Part shown: positions 8,684-17,102 of the stretch, piece by piece
Layout of the letters: every line of letters starts with the position of its first letter
Numbering within the stretch: the first letter of the stretch is position 1
From: a virus
Lineage: Duplodnaviria; Heunggongvirae; Uroviricota; Caudoviricetes
Virus record (IMG/VR): IMGVR_UViG_3300045923_000005
Location: 51,764 to 115,763 of that record
Reading direction: 5' to 3' (one strand)
Length of the DNA: 64,000 bases
The notes under the pieces: model-generated
Database searches by the model: none
Seen by the model: only the letters and a program-made list of their open reading frames with translations
Told to the model about the DNA's origin: nothing
Position numbers and translations under genes: made by a program

Positions 8684-10294
8684 TTAGAAAGGTACATCCT
8701 CATCGTCATCGCCAGTGCTCGTGTTGGCCAGACTCATGTTCTTATTTGCCGCATGACTCATGACGACCGACTCCAGAGCCGTCTTAGCATCCCGTTGGGC
8801 GACCGAGTCATTGCCCGGGATAACCGAAGTCTGACCATGGCTGGTCACCGTGACCATACCCATGTCGTCAGGATCACTGACCTTGATGGCGGTCTTATAC
8901 TTGACCGACAGAGTCGCAATGTTCATCGCGTTCTTGATCAGGTTGGTCGAAGTCGAACCACCGGCTGCCGGCTTCGGTGTGTTGACCGGTTTGGAAGGAG
9001 CAACCGGTTTCGCTGCCGGCTGCGTCACCGGCTTCTGAGGAGTGACCGGAGTGGCAGGCTTCTGGTTGGCCATGGCCTGTTGACTCGCCGAGCGCAAAGC
9101 GGTGATCGCCGGATTAGGAGTGAAGGCACCCGGATCGACCGGAGCCGTCTTGGGAGCAACCGGCGCACTGGCGACAGTTTCCTTCTCATCGATCTTGGCA
9201 TCGATTTTCGTGTAGAAGTCTAAGTAGACCGTCTTCACTTCATCATCGAACCGGTTCAAGCAGAGCTCGATAGCCTTGCGCTTGTTGTTCCAGATCACAT
9301 ACGCACGAGCGATGTGGGTCAGGCGGCGAGTGCTGATGACTTCATCCACACCACCTTCCTTGTAGGTCTTACGGATCAACTCCGCCCACTTGGCGAGGTT
9401 GGTCGCGAAAGAGAGGCTCGGTTTGTTCAGGCTGGTGAACAGATTCGTGAGAATCTTGATCTCCGTGTTCAGTGACGGATATTCCTGTTCAACCGTAATG
9501 GCGAACCGTTCCAGGAAGGCTTCGTTGAGGACGTTGGCTCCGATGAACCGACCGTCATCACTACCCTTACCCTTGGTGTTGGCAGTCGCGATGATGTTGA
9601 AGCCAGAAGCAGGTGTGATAAACTCACCGCGCTTCTTGTTGAAGTAGCCTTTACCTTCGAGCACCGGCTGGAGGCAGAGCAAGCGCTCTGAACCATAGTC
9701 GGTTTCGTCGAGGAGAAGGATCGCGCCACGCTTCATGGCGACGAGGACCGGACCATCACGCCATACGGTGTTGCCGTCGATCAACTCATACGAACCAATC
9801 AAATCGGTCTCGTCGGTTTCCTTGGTAATGTTCACGCGGATCAGTTCGCGCTGGAGCTCGGCACAAGCCTGCTCAGCACCCAGGGTCTTACCATTGCCGG
9901 ACTGACCGGTAATGTAGACTGGGTAGAAGATGCGGGATTCGATGATCCCACGGAGGTCGTTGTAAAAGCCGAACGGCACGTACACAGGGTCGCGCTCGGG
10001 AATGAAGCTGTCGGCCAGGGTCTTGATCTGAGGAGCGGCGAGCTCCTGTTTGATCGCATTGACCAGCACAGGCGAAGGAGCCTCGACCGGAGCGGTGATA
10101 TCACCACTCACCCGGTATTTGCCCCAAGCCTTGCGGTTAGCTTTGTTGTTCATGAATGCCCACGGCATCGGGAGGCTCCTAGCCTTGGTGTACTCCTCGA
10201 TCTGCTTGGTCGTTACCACGTTCGTGTTGAAGTGGTTGGCCATATTAGATATGAGCGAATTGAGCTCTTCCGGCGAGTAGCTGGGTTTGGGCAT
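8684..10294 (-). CDS. cobS: CobS-like AAA+ (MoxR-family) ATPase
   Basis: Walker A ITGQSGNGKT, Walker B ILLLDETDYG, sensor/arginine region; 536 aa with a Pro/Ala/Thr-rich low-complexity C-terminus. Confidence 0.8.
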   Translation of the reverse strand: MPKPSYSPEELNSLISNMANHFNTNVVTTKQIEEYTKARSLPMPWAFMNNKANRKAWGKYRVSGDITAPVEAPSPVLVNAIKQELAAPQIKTLADSFIPERDPVYVPFGFYNDLRGIIESRIFYPVYITGQSGNGKTLGAEQACAELQRELIRVNITKETDETDLIGSYELIDGNTVWRDGPVLVAMKRGAILLLDETDYGSERLLCLQPVLEGKGYFNKKRGEFITPASGFNIIATANTKGKGSDDGRFIGANVLNEAFLERFAITVEQEYPSLNTEIKILTNLFTSLNKPSLSFATNLAKWAELIRKTYKEGGVDEVISTRRLTHIARAYVIWNNKRKAIELCLNRFDDEVKTVYLDFYTKIDAKIDEKETVASAPVAPKTAPVDPGAFTPNPAITALRSASQQAMANQKPATPVTPQKPVTQPAAKPVAPSKPVNTPKPAAGGSTSTNLIKNAMNIATLSVKYKTAIKVSDPDDMGMVTVTSHGQTSVIPGNDSVAQRDAKTALESVVMSHAANKNMSLANTSTGDDDEDVPF

Positions 10295-10324
10295 TTCAGT
10301 TCATTCCATGTTTCGATTTCATAG

Positions 10325-10408
10325 AGGCTATTATACGCCTAATCGCACACAAAGGTTGCTGATTTAACTTATTTTCGAACATTCTTTTCAAAACGTTAAC
10401 TAGTACCG
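10325..10408. repeat. conserved intergenic cassette copy A (TATTATAC-N25-ATTTAACTTATT…CGTTAACTAGTACCG)
   Basis: near-identical ~85-bp element also at ~12912, 38122, 41510 (partly inverted), 46034, 51920; lies between cobT stop and cobS start. Confidence 0.7.
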
Positions 10409-12907
10409 TTATTCGGCCACTTCGGCGGCGAACTGGCGAGCGATCAGCTTATTGTTATGCTTCTTCTTCTGGTTGTAGCTGAAAGCCTGGAATAACTGGT
10501 CTTGGGTCATACCAGCATTCATGAAGCACTTGCTACCGTCGTTGATCACCGTAGTGTCCACATAATAATAGTTGCTATAACCAAGATTGGGCACCGCCAC
10601 GAAACCGGTGGTCTTCAGCTGCTTGGCTAGGTTGTTGAAGTCCTTCTTGAACTCTTCACGACCGGCCAAACGCTGGAGGATGTATGCCTCCTGGCCGAAG
10701 TAGTATCCAATGTGGCGGGCACCGGTAGTGGCCTGGATGAGCTCGGTCACAGAAGCCTGGAACATGTTGAACATGTAGTTGCCGCTGCTCAAACCAGCCT
10801 GCTCAGGGAGCACGCTGATCTTAGTGGTCGCGTCAGTCACACCGAACTTCGTGCGAGTGATCGACGCAGACGTCAGGTTATTCATGAACGCGGGCGGGAA
10901 CACCATGGAGTTGTTGCCATCACCGTCGCTCAGGTAGATCACGTTGACGATGTCACTGTGGTGCTCGTTCTTGAACTGCTTGATGATCTCTTTGGATGCG
11001 ACCAGAGTCTCAATAAATGGCGTGCCACCTAGGTTCATACCAACCGTCTCTAAACTCTGCGCAAGGCTGAAGTTGGGGACCGAACCGAATGCCGTCGCCA
11101 CATCGGCCGGACGACCGTAGGGACTGGCGAGCTCACCGAACATGTTGACCATGTTGAACGAGCGCTTGTAGTGGTTGCCGCTGAACTTGCTGCTCAGCAG
11201 ATGGCGCAGGCAGAAGTCACCGGCCTGAAGAGTAAAGGTATTGTCAGGGTCCTTGGAGACCGTAAACGCAGCGCGCTGGCTCTGTTTACCATCCTTGCCG
11301 AAGCAACCATAGTAGCCATGACCATCAGTGTAGCCGTAAAGGTCGAACGGGATACCGACGCGCTTACAGAAGGTCGCCAGGATCAGAGACTGCTCTACGA
11401 CGTAGCGCATGAAGTCGCTCATGCTGATCGACATATCCAGGAACATCACCATGCCGTGGCTTTTACCCTTGGCGATGGTAGTGACCTTGCGGAAGAGGTC
11501 GTTGGTCAGCTTATAGCGGGCCAGACGGTTGCCGTCCAGGTCACCACTCTTAGCGGTCATCTGGCGCGAGTACTGGCTCGCGTTCTTGCGCATCTCAAAC
11601 TCTTTGACCAGCAACTGGATGTAGTTCTTGTTGCGCGTATGGAATACTTTAGTGACGCCCATGGCGACGGCATCATAGTTCAGCTTGGTGCCATAGTGTT
11701 TCTGCATCTGGTAGCGGATGCCGGTCTCGAAGGTATCTAACACAGTCTTGTTGGAGACGATGATGTTTTCCAAATGCGCTTCCGGCATCTTGAAGAACAC
11801 CTGTGACTCAGCGGTGCGGTCATTCATACCCTCTTCCGCGTCACGAAAAGCCTTGTCAGTTTCAGAGTCCGGCTCAATTTCTACCGGCTGCTCAGATTCA
11901 CTGTCGTCCTCGTCATCTCCACTCTTACCACCTTCCTTGGGCTCAGAGTTTGAACGGCTGTCTGAAGACTCATCTTCATCGTCGGCCTCATAGGAATCCT
12001 CGTCAGAGTCACCGTCAGAAGCGTCGCCTTCAGAATCATCCTTGTCAGATTCCTCGCCGTCACCCTCGTCAGATTCTTCACCATCTTCATCAGAAGGCGA
12101 CTTGTTGTCACCCTCGTCCTCGGACTCTTCATCATCCGGGTCGGCGTCATTACCATCGGCATCTTGTTCCTCAGTCTCGCCGTCACCCTCGTTGGCGTCA
12201 TCACCTTCGTCAGACTCATCAGATTCCTCAGAGTCATCCGACTCCTCGTTCTGCTTCTTGTCCTTCTTAGGCTTAGGCTGCTTGGGTTGCGGCTGTTGTT
12301 TAGGTTTCGGCTGCGCATGAGCCTTCTGGTAGTCATACACTTCACGAGCCAACTGCTCCACCTGCGCCCAGGTGTCAGCCGTAGCAATGCGGTCCACGAA
12401 GGCTTGCTCTTCAGTGTTGAAGATCACGAGCGCTTGCGCACCGAGTTTGAAGTGGACGTTGATGCGGTCGATCAGACCCATCTTTGAATAGTCACCGTTC
12501 AGTTTCTTGATCTGAAACAGGTCGCGGTCGAACAGTTCCTGGTAAGCTTCCGCAAAGGCTTTGCGCAGGCCAGGATACTTGATCTTGATGATGCGCTCGA
12601 TGCGCGCGTCTTCAATGACGTTCAAGAAACGCTTGATGTTCTTGCGCTTCTTGTCGTTGACGATGGCGTCGTGCCAACCCTGGAGAGGCGTGTGAAGCGC
12701 ATGGCTGATTTCATGACCCATGAGCAGGTCATAGATCACACCGCTCATGTCCTTCCAGATCGGGCAGGTCAGGACGCGGGTTTCAAGGTTGAACTTGGCC
12801 GTCCGCACTTGCATGTGGCGAACGGTGATATTCTCGGCCGCCATCAGTTTGGCTAGCTGAGACTTATTCTCCTGGAGGGTTGCCGTCTTCTTCACAACTT
12901 TGATCAT
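10409..12907 (-). CDS. cobT: CobT-like protein: N-terminal HExxH, poly-acidic linker, C-terminal vWA domain
   Basis: 832 aa. LLMGHEISHALH (HExxH). Residues ~200-350 are almost pure D/E/S (…DDSEESDESDEGDD…). C-terminal MIDAS motif FLDMSISMS (DxSxS) typical of vWA. Paired with the MoxR ATPase. Confidence 0.8.
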   Translation of the reverse strand: MIKVVKKTATLQENKSQLAKLMAAENITVRHMQVRTAKFNLETRVLTCPIWKDMSGVIYDLLMGHEISHALHTPLQGWHDAIVNDKKRKNIKRFLNVIEDARIERIIKIKYPGLRKAFAEAYQELFDRDLFQIKKLNGDYSKMGLIDRINVHFKLGAQALVIFNTEEQAFVDRIATADTWAQVEQLAREVYDYQKAHAQPKPKQQPQPKQPKPKKDKKQNEESDDSEESDESDEGDDANEGDGETEEQDADGNDADPDDEESEDEGDNKSPSDEDGEESDEGDGEESDKDDSEGDASDGDSDEDSYEADDEDESSDSRSNSEPKEGGKSGDDEDDSESEQPVEIEPDSETDKAFRDAEEGMNDRTAESQVFFKMPEAHLENIIVSNKTVLDTFETGIRYQMQKHYGTKLNYDAVAMGVTKVFHTRNKNYIQLLVKEFEMRKNASQYSRQMTAKSGDLDGNRLARYKLTNDLFRKVTTIAKGKSHGMVMFLDMSISMSDFMRYVVEQSLILATFCKRVGIPFDLYGYTDGHGYYGCFGKDGKQSQRAAFTVSKDPDNTFTLQAGDFCLRHLLSSKFSGNHYKRSFNMVNMFGELASPYGRPADVATAFGSVPNFSLAQSLETVGMNLGGTPFIETLVASKEIIKQFKNEHHSDIVNVIYLSDGDGNNSMVFPPAFMNNLTSASITRTKFGVTDATTKISVLPEQAGLSSGNYMFNMFQASVTELIQATTGARHIGYYFGQEAYILQRLAGREEFKKDFNNLAKQLKTTGFVAVPNLGYSNYYYVDTTVINDGSKCFMNAGMTQDQLFQAFSYNQKKKHNNKLIARQFAAEVAE

Positions 12908-12911
12908 GAAG

Positions 12912-12996
12912 ACTATTATACTCTTAATTTGACCGGCAGGGTGCTAATTTAACTTAATCCCGAACAATCTTTTCCGAAACGTTAACTAGTACCGGT
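12912..12996. repeat. conserved intergenic cassette copy B
   Basis: gaagacTATTATACtcttaatttgaccggcagggtgctaATTTAACTTAatcccgaacaatcttttccgaaaCGTTAACTAGTACCGG. Confidence 0.7.
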
Positions 12997-13094
12997 TTCT
13001 ATGCACGTCTCTGACAGTTGTCCGCTCTCCGGGCTCGATCTGTCTCTGTTCTGACCTGTACCGACTATTATACGCTGATCGGAGACAGAGACCG

Positions 13095-13397
13095 TTAACC
13101 ACCACTCGTTTCTAACAAATAGTTGGCCGCATTGGCCAGATGTGATGTATCTTCCTTGAAGTATCCTAAACCTCTGTTGCATCCATCGCATAGAAGACCG
13201 CGTACCTTACCGGTATCGTGATCATGATCTATGAACGGTCGTGACATCTTGAATCCGCCATCAGCAGGAAACGCCTTACCACAGATGGCGCAACAGTTAT
13301 TCTGAGCTAACCTCATTTCTTCAAATTGGTTCTCAGTAATTCCATACCGTCTTATGTTATCTCTACGGTGTATCTCTTTGGTCTTGATTTGCGGCAT
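13095..13397 (-). CDS. recombination endonuclease VII family protein (T4 gp49-like)
   Basis: IDHDHDTGKVRGLLCDGCNRGLG, the EndoVII H-N-H/zinc signature; 100 aa. Confidence 0.8.
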   Translation of the reverse strand: MPQIKTKEIHRRDNIRRYGITENQFEEMRLAQNNCCAICGKAFPADGGFKMSRPFIDHDHDTGKVRGLLCDGCNRGLGYFKEDTSHLANAANYLLETSGG

Positions 13398-13399
13398 AG

Positions 13400-13600
13400 T
13401 TAGCGTCCGGTCATCAAGTTAGGTTGCTCTGGGTTTCCGTTTTCCGGCCACCATATCGCATCACAGCGGCCTGTAAAGACCCACCAAGCATGTTTCCATC
13501 GTCCCCAACTCACCCATAGCGGGCGGGCGACAACCCATTGACCATCTGGTAGCTCTGTGGATACCTGTGAATCTTTGATGTCTTGAGCAGAGTACAACAT
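13400..13600 (-). CDS. hypothetical Trp-rich protein (66 aa)
   Basis: short ORF coupled between the deformylase and EndoVII genes. Confidence 0.3.
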   Translation of the reverse strand: MLYSAQDIKDSQVSTELPDGQWVVARPLWVSWGRWKHAWWVFTGRCDAIWWPENGNPEQPNLMTGR

Positions 13601-14304
13601 TAGGCTTCTGGCTCAGGTACATTCAGGGTGATCACTTCGTCTGGGATCTCGAAGTTGATCTGCTTTTCCAGAGCCTTGGCCTGGTTATCAGCGGCGACCT
13701 TGCGAGCAGCCTCCATGATGATCTTCTGCTTGTCTTGCTCTTCATACTGGCGGTCCAGCTTCTGGATATTACCCTTCTGCTTTGCCTTGGCCCGGTCCAA
13801 CCAATACTTGTTGACCTTGGTCGTGTAGACAATGCCGTCCAGGTGATCCAACTCATGAAGGAACGTGCGCGCTGTTAGGCCGCCCATCTCGGTTGTCTGC
13901 TCTTGACCATTGAAGTCCCAATAACGAACCTTGATGTGCTCAGGACGCTTGATCTTTAGGAACAGACCTTTGAAACTCAGACATCCCTCTTCAAACTCTA
14001 GCTCTCCAGAAGACTCGATGACTTCTGGATTGAACATAACCTGAACTTGAGTGCCGGCACCGATAGCGAATGCGCGGTAAGCGAAACCGATCTGAGGAGC
14101 GGCTAAACCCACACCACGATTCAACACCATGGTCTCCACTAGACTGATGGCCAGTTCCTTTGTGTTCATCTGAGGATTCTCAAAGTCCCATGCTTTGGTC
14201 TTCATGCGTAACACTTCAGAATCAGCCGGCACTAAGCCATAGATGTTATAAGTGTAGACGTTGCCCTGAAATTCTTTCTGTAGTGTCTTCAATACCTTTG
14301 CCAT
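13600..14304 (-). CDS. def: peptide deformylase with C-terminal K/E-rich extension
   Basis: three PDF motifs present: GVGLAAPQIG (motif 1), EGCLS (motif 2), HELDHLDG (motif 3); 234 aa, about 60 aa longer than bacterial PDFs. Confidence 0.85.
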   Translation of the reverse strand: MAKVLKTLQKEFQGNVYTYNIYGLVPADSEVLRMKTKAWDFENPQMNTKELAISLVETMVLNRGVGLAAPQIGFAYRAFAIGAGTQVQVMFNPEVIESSGELEFEEGCLSFKGLFLKIKRPEHIKVRYWDFNGQEQTTEMGGLTARTFLHELDHLDGIVYTTKVNKYWLDRAKAKQKGNIQKLDRQYEEQDKQKIIMEAARKVAADNQAKALEKQINFEIPDEVITLNVPEPEA

Positions 14305-14307
14305 GAT

Positions 14308-16023
14308 TTATTCCTCATTGTCAACTATTTCAGAGAAGTTGTTCTTCTTCTCAAACCGAATCGTGTTCTGGAACTTGTCGTGTAGCAACTCGCGGTGGCT
14401 AATAACAAACACGTTGGCTTCTTGGGCCAAGGCTTCCAGAATTGTCAAAACCAAATCAGCACCAACACCATCCAGACTGCTGTCAAAGATTTCATCTAGG
14501 ATGAGTAGATTACAGTTCAGACTGTTCTTCATCTTAGCAACGGCGCGCCATGCGAACAACAAGGCGATGTCGATCTTCTGCTTCTCACCCTCAGAGAAGC
14601 TATCATACGTGAATTGGTCACGATGGCGGGACTTGATCGTTTCTACAAACTCTTCGTTGAGTTCAAAGTTCACAAAGAAGTCCATCGCTGCCAGATATTT
14701 ATTGACCAGCTGGTTGATGATAGGCAGGTACTGCTTGATGATCTGTGCCTTGATGCCGCCATCCTTTAGGAACTCAACAGCCAACTCAAGGTATGCCCGG
14801 TTCTCAACCAATCCCTTGTGCGCTTCTACACGACGCTCCAGGTCAGCCACTAGCTCGGCACTAACCTTCATCATGTCATCACTCAAGACCTTCTGGTTCT
14901 TCAGTTCAGCAATTTCACCCTCGACCTTCTTGATGTAGTCCAGGATGTGTTGATAGGACACGCGCATTTTGGCGCGGTTGGCCATGATCTCTTGTTGAAG
15001 CCTTGATGTCTCGCGGATACCATCCAACTTCATCTGCCACTTTTGGGTTTCATTGGATAGTTGGTCGAGCGCGGTGTCAAATTGTGAAATGCTAGTATTG
15101 GCTTTGGTGATAGCTTCCATTCGAAAGTCTGTTTGAATGGTCTGCTGGCAGGTTGGACAGTTGTCGTTATTACTGTAAAATTCATGATCCTTACAAGCCT
15201 TGCTTTTGTTGGCCTTAATCTTGACTTCAAATTCCTTCAACTGACGAAGCATTTGATCGACCTTGGTGCGGTCACCCAGGATCAAGTTATTGAAAGCTTC
15301 AATCATCACTGCTTCTTCAGCATCCAACCGTTCAATTTCTTTCTGGTGATCGATAATGTCCGCTTCGCGCTTTTCAATTTCAGTCGCAACGTTTCTGCGG
15401 GACTCGTCTACATACTTCTGTTGTAGACCAATCTTGGCCTGAATGTTTGTGATCTCTTTCTTGTTTTCAGCGATGTCGACATAAGCCTTCTTCAAGTCCT
15501 CGCGCGCGACCTTATTCATGCTGGAGAAGATTTGGATGTCCAAAAGATTCTCGATGATGGTACGGCGATCCTGTGGGATTAGCTTCATGAAAGGCACGAA
15601 ACTCTTTGATCCAAGGATAGCGATCTGAGTGAAGGCTCTGTAGTTGAACTTCAGAATGTTGTTCTCAAGATACTTCTGGTAGTCCTTGGATACAGCGTCC
15701 TGGTTGACGACTACTCCATTGACTATGATCTCGAACAAGCTTGGGTTCATACCGCGCCGGATCATGTGCTTGCGGCCGCCAATACTGAACTCTAACTCAG
15801 CCAAACAATCTTTCATGTTGATAGAGTTGATCAGGTTGCCTTTGTTGATCTTGCGGAATGGTTTACCGAACAAGGCGAACGTGATAGCATCCAGCAAGGT
15901 GCTCTTGCCGTGACCATTCTTACCGACCACGAGGGTAGTATGATTGGCATTCAATTTGACTTCCGTGAACACATTGCCAGTAGACAGCATGTTCTTGTAA
16001 CGGATTTTCTCAAAGACTATCAC
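14308..16023 (-). CDS. 46: recombination endonuclease subunit gp46 (Rad50/SbcC-like)
   Basis: N-terminal Walker A LVVGKNGHGKSTLLDAI, long coiled-coil with CPTC zinc hook, C-terminal signature and Walker B LLILDEIFDSSLD; 571 aa as T4 gp46 (560 aa). Confidence 0.9.
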   Translation of the reverse strand: MIVFEKIRYKNMLSTGNVFTEVKLNANHTTLVVGKNGHGKSTLLDAITFALFGKPFRKINKGNLINSINMKDCLAELEFSIGGRKHMIRRGMNPSLFEIIVNGVVVNQDAVSKDYQKYLENNILKFNYRAFTQIAILGSKSFVPFMKLIPQDRRTIIENLLDIQIFSSMNKVAREDLKKAYVDIAENKKEITNIQAKIGLQQKYVDESRRNVATEIEKREADIIDHQKEIERLDAEEAVMIEAFNNLILGDRTKVDQMLRQLKEFEVKIKANKSKACKDHEFYSNNDNCPTCQQTIQTDFRMEAITKANTSISQFDTALDQLSNETQKWQMKLDGIRETSRLQQEIMANRAKMRVSYQHILDYIKKVEGEIAELKNQKVLSDDMMKVSAELVADLERRVEAHKGLVENRAYLELAVEFLKDGGIKAQIIKQYLPIINQLVNKYLAAMDFFVNFELNEEFVETIKSRHRDQFTYDSFSEGEKQKIDIALLFAWRAVAKMKNSLNCNLLILDEIFDSSLDGVGADLVLTILEALAQEANVFVISHRELLHDKFQNTIRFEKKNNFSEIVDNEE

Positions 16024-17102
16024 TTGTTCTCCAACGCTTGCGCTTCATTGTAGATCTTGCGCATGGTTGCTTTCATTTTGTCTTTGTCCAGACCGACTTC
16101 GATGCCGTCAACGTACCGGTCCAAGAGGACAGACGTGTTCTCACCTTGGTCCAGGCCTCCGCTCATTAGATCAGCGAGAGAGCTATACTCAGTGAAATCC
16201 TCAACGACCGATATATCGGCCGGGTTAGCTTGGTAGAAGTTGCTAATGAACCTATCAAACAATACAGCCGAGTTTTTGTTTTGGACGATAATCTTGACGT
16301 AACGATTCGCATATTCTGAGTAATCTTTGTTGTCTATGCTGACGATGGTTTCCTGGGTGTCATCATAGATGACCTTGTGGAACATCGTCAGTGGATTTGG
16401 AACGAACTCCAAGTCCCTTGTTTGTGTATCAAATATATGGAAGCCTCTTTGGTCTTCCCAGTCGGCCCAGGTGATTTCACCTGGTGTACCTACGTAATAG
16501 ATGTGGCCATCGGTTGAACGGTGATGGAAGTGACCACTGATGACCATTTCATAACGCTTCAGGTCATCCCGATTCATACCATCATAACAGACTGAACCCT
16601 TCTCCATAGAGAAGCCGGCAATCTCGAAATGTCCGAAGCAAATCTGGTTCTTGCTGTTAGCAATGAAGGCTTTGGTCTCACGTTCATTGTCCTGGCAGAT
16701 CCAAGGAATGATGTCAGCCTTTAAACCATAGAGGTCTAGCTCTTGTGGTTTAGATATGATCTGAATATCGCCATCCTCGATGTAATCACGCAAGACTAGC
16801 TCTGGACTGTTGACCTGGAGAGTGTTCTTGTAGTAGACGTCGTGATTGCCCAGGTAGCTGATCAGGGCCATATCACCTTTCGTAAACTCATCGAAAAAGT
16901 ATCCCTTGGCTAGAAACAAGGAATTGAAATTGATGAACTTGCGCCGATCAAACAGATCACCCGTTTGGATGACAACCGTGATGCCTAACTCTCGAACTTT
17001 AGGGAAGAACACTTCCTGGTAGAACTTCGCATAATGGTCATGGAAGATCTGGGAATCGTTCCGCATTCCGAAGTGTGTGTCCCCTAAAACGGCCACTTTC
17101 AT
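16020..17102 (-). CDS. 47: recombination nuclease gp47 (Mre11/SbcD-like)
   Basis: phosphoesterase motifs GDTHFG, GDLFD, GNHD, GHFH; 360 aa; overlaps the gp46 start (ATGA). Confidence 0.9.
   Translation of the reverse strand: MKVAVLGDTHFGMRNDSQIFHDHYAKFYQEVFFPKVRELGITVVIQTGDLFDRRKFINFNSLFLAKGYFFDEFTKGDMALISYLGNHDVYYKNTLQVNSPELVLRDYIEDGDIQIISKPQELDLYGLKADIIPWICQDNERETKAFIANSKNQICFGHFEIAGFSMEKGSVCYDGMNRDDLKRYEMVISGHFHHRSTDGHIYYVGTPGEITWADWEDQRGFHIFDTQTRDLEFVPNPLTMFHKVIYDDTQETIVSIDNKDYSEYANRYVKIIVQNKNSAVLFDRFISNFYQANPADISVVEDFTEYSSLADLMSGGLDQGENTSVLLDRYVDGIEVGLDKDKMKATMRKIYNEAQALENK

Noticed and set aside
12982-13191. 69-aa ORF spanning the cobT-EndoVII intergenic region and the EndoVII 3' end
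   Set aside because: Runs through the repeated cassette and a second GTATAATAG box; non-coding intergenic sequence.
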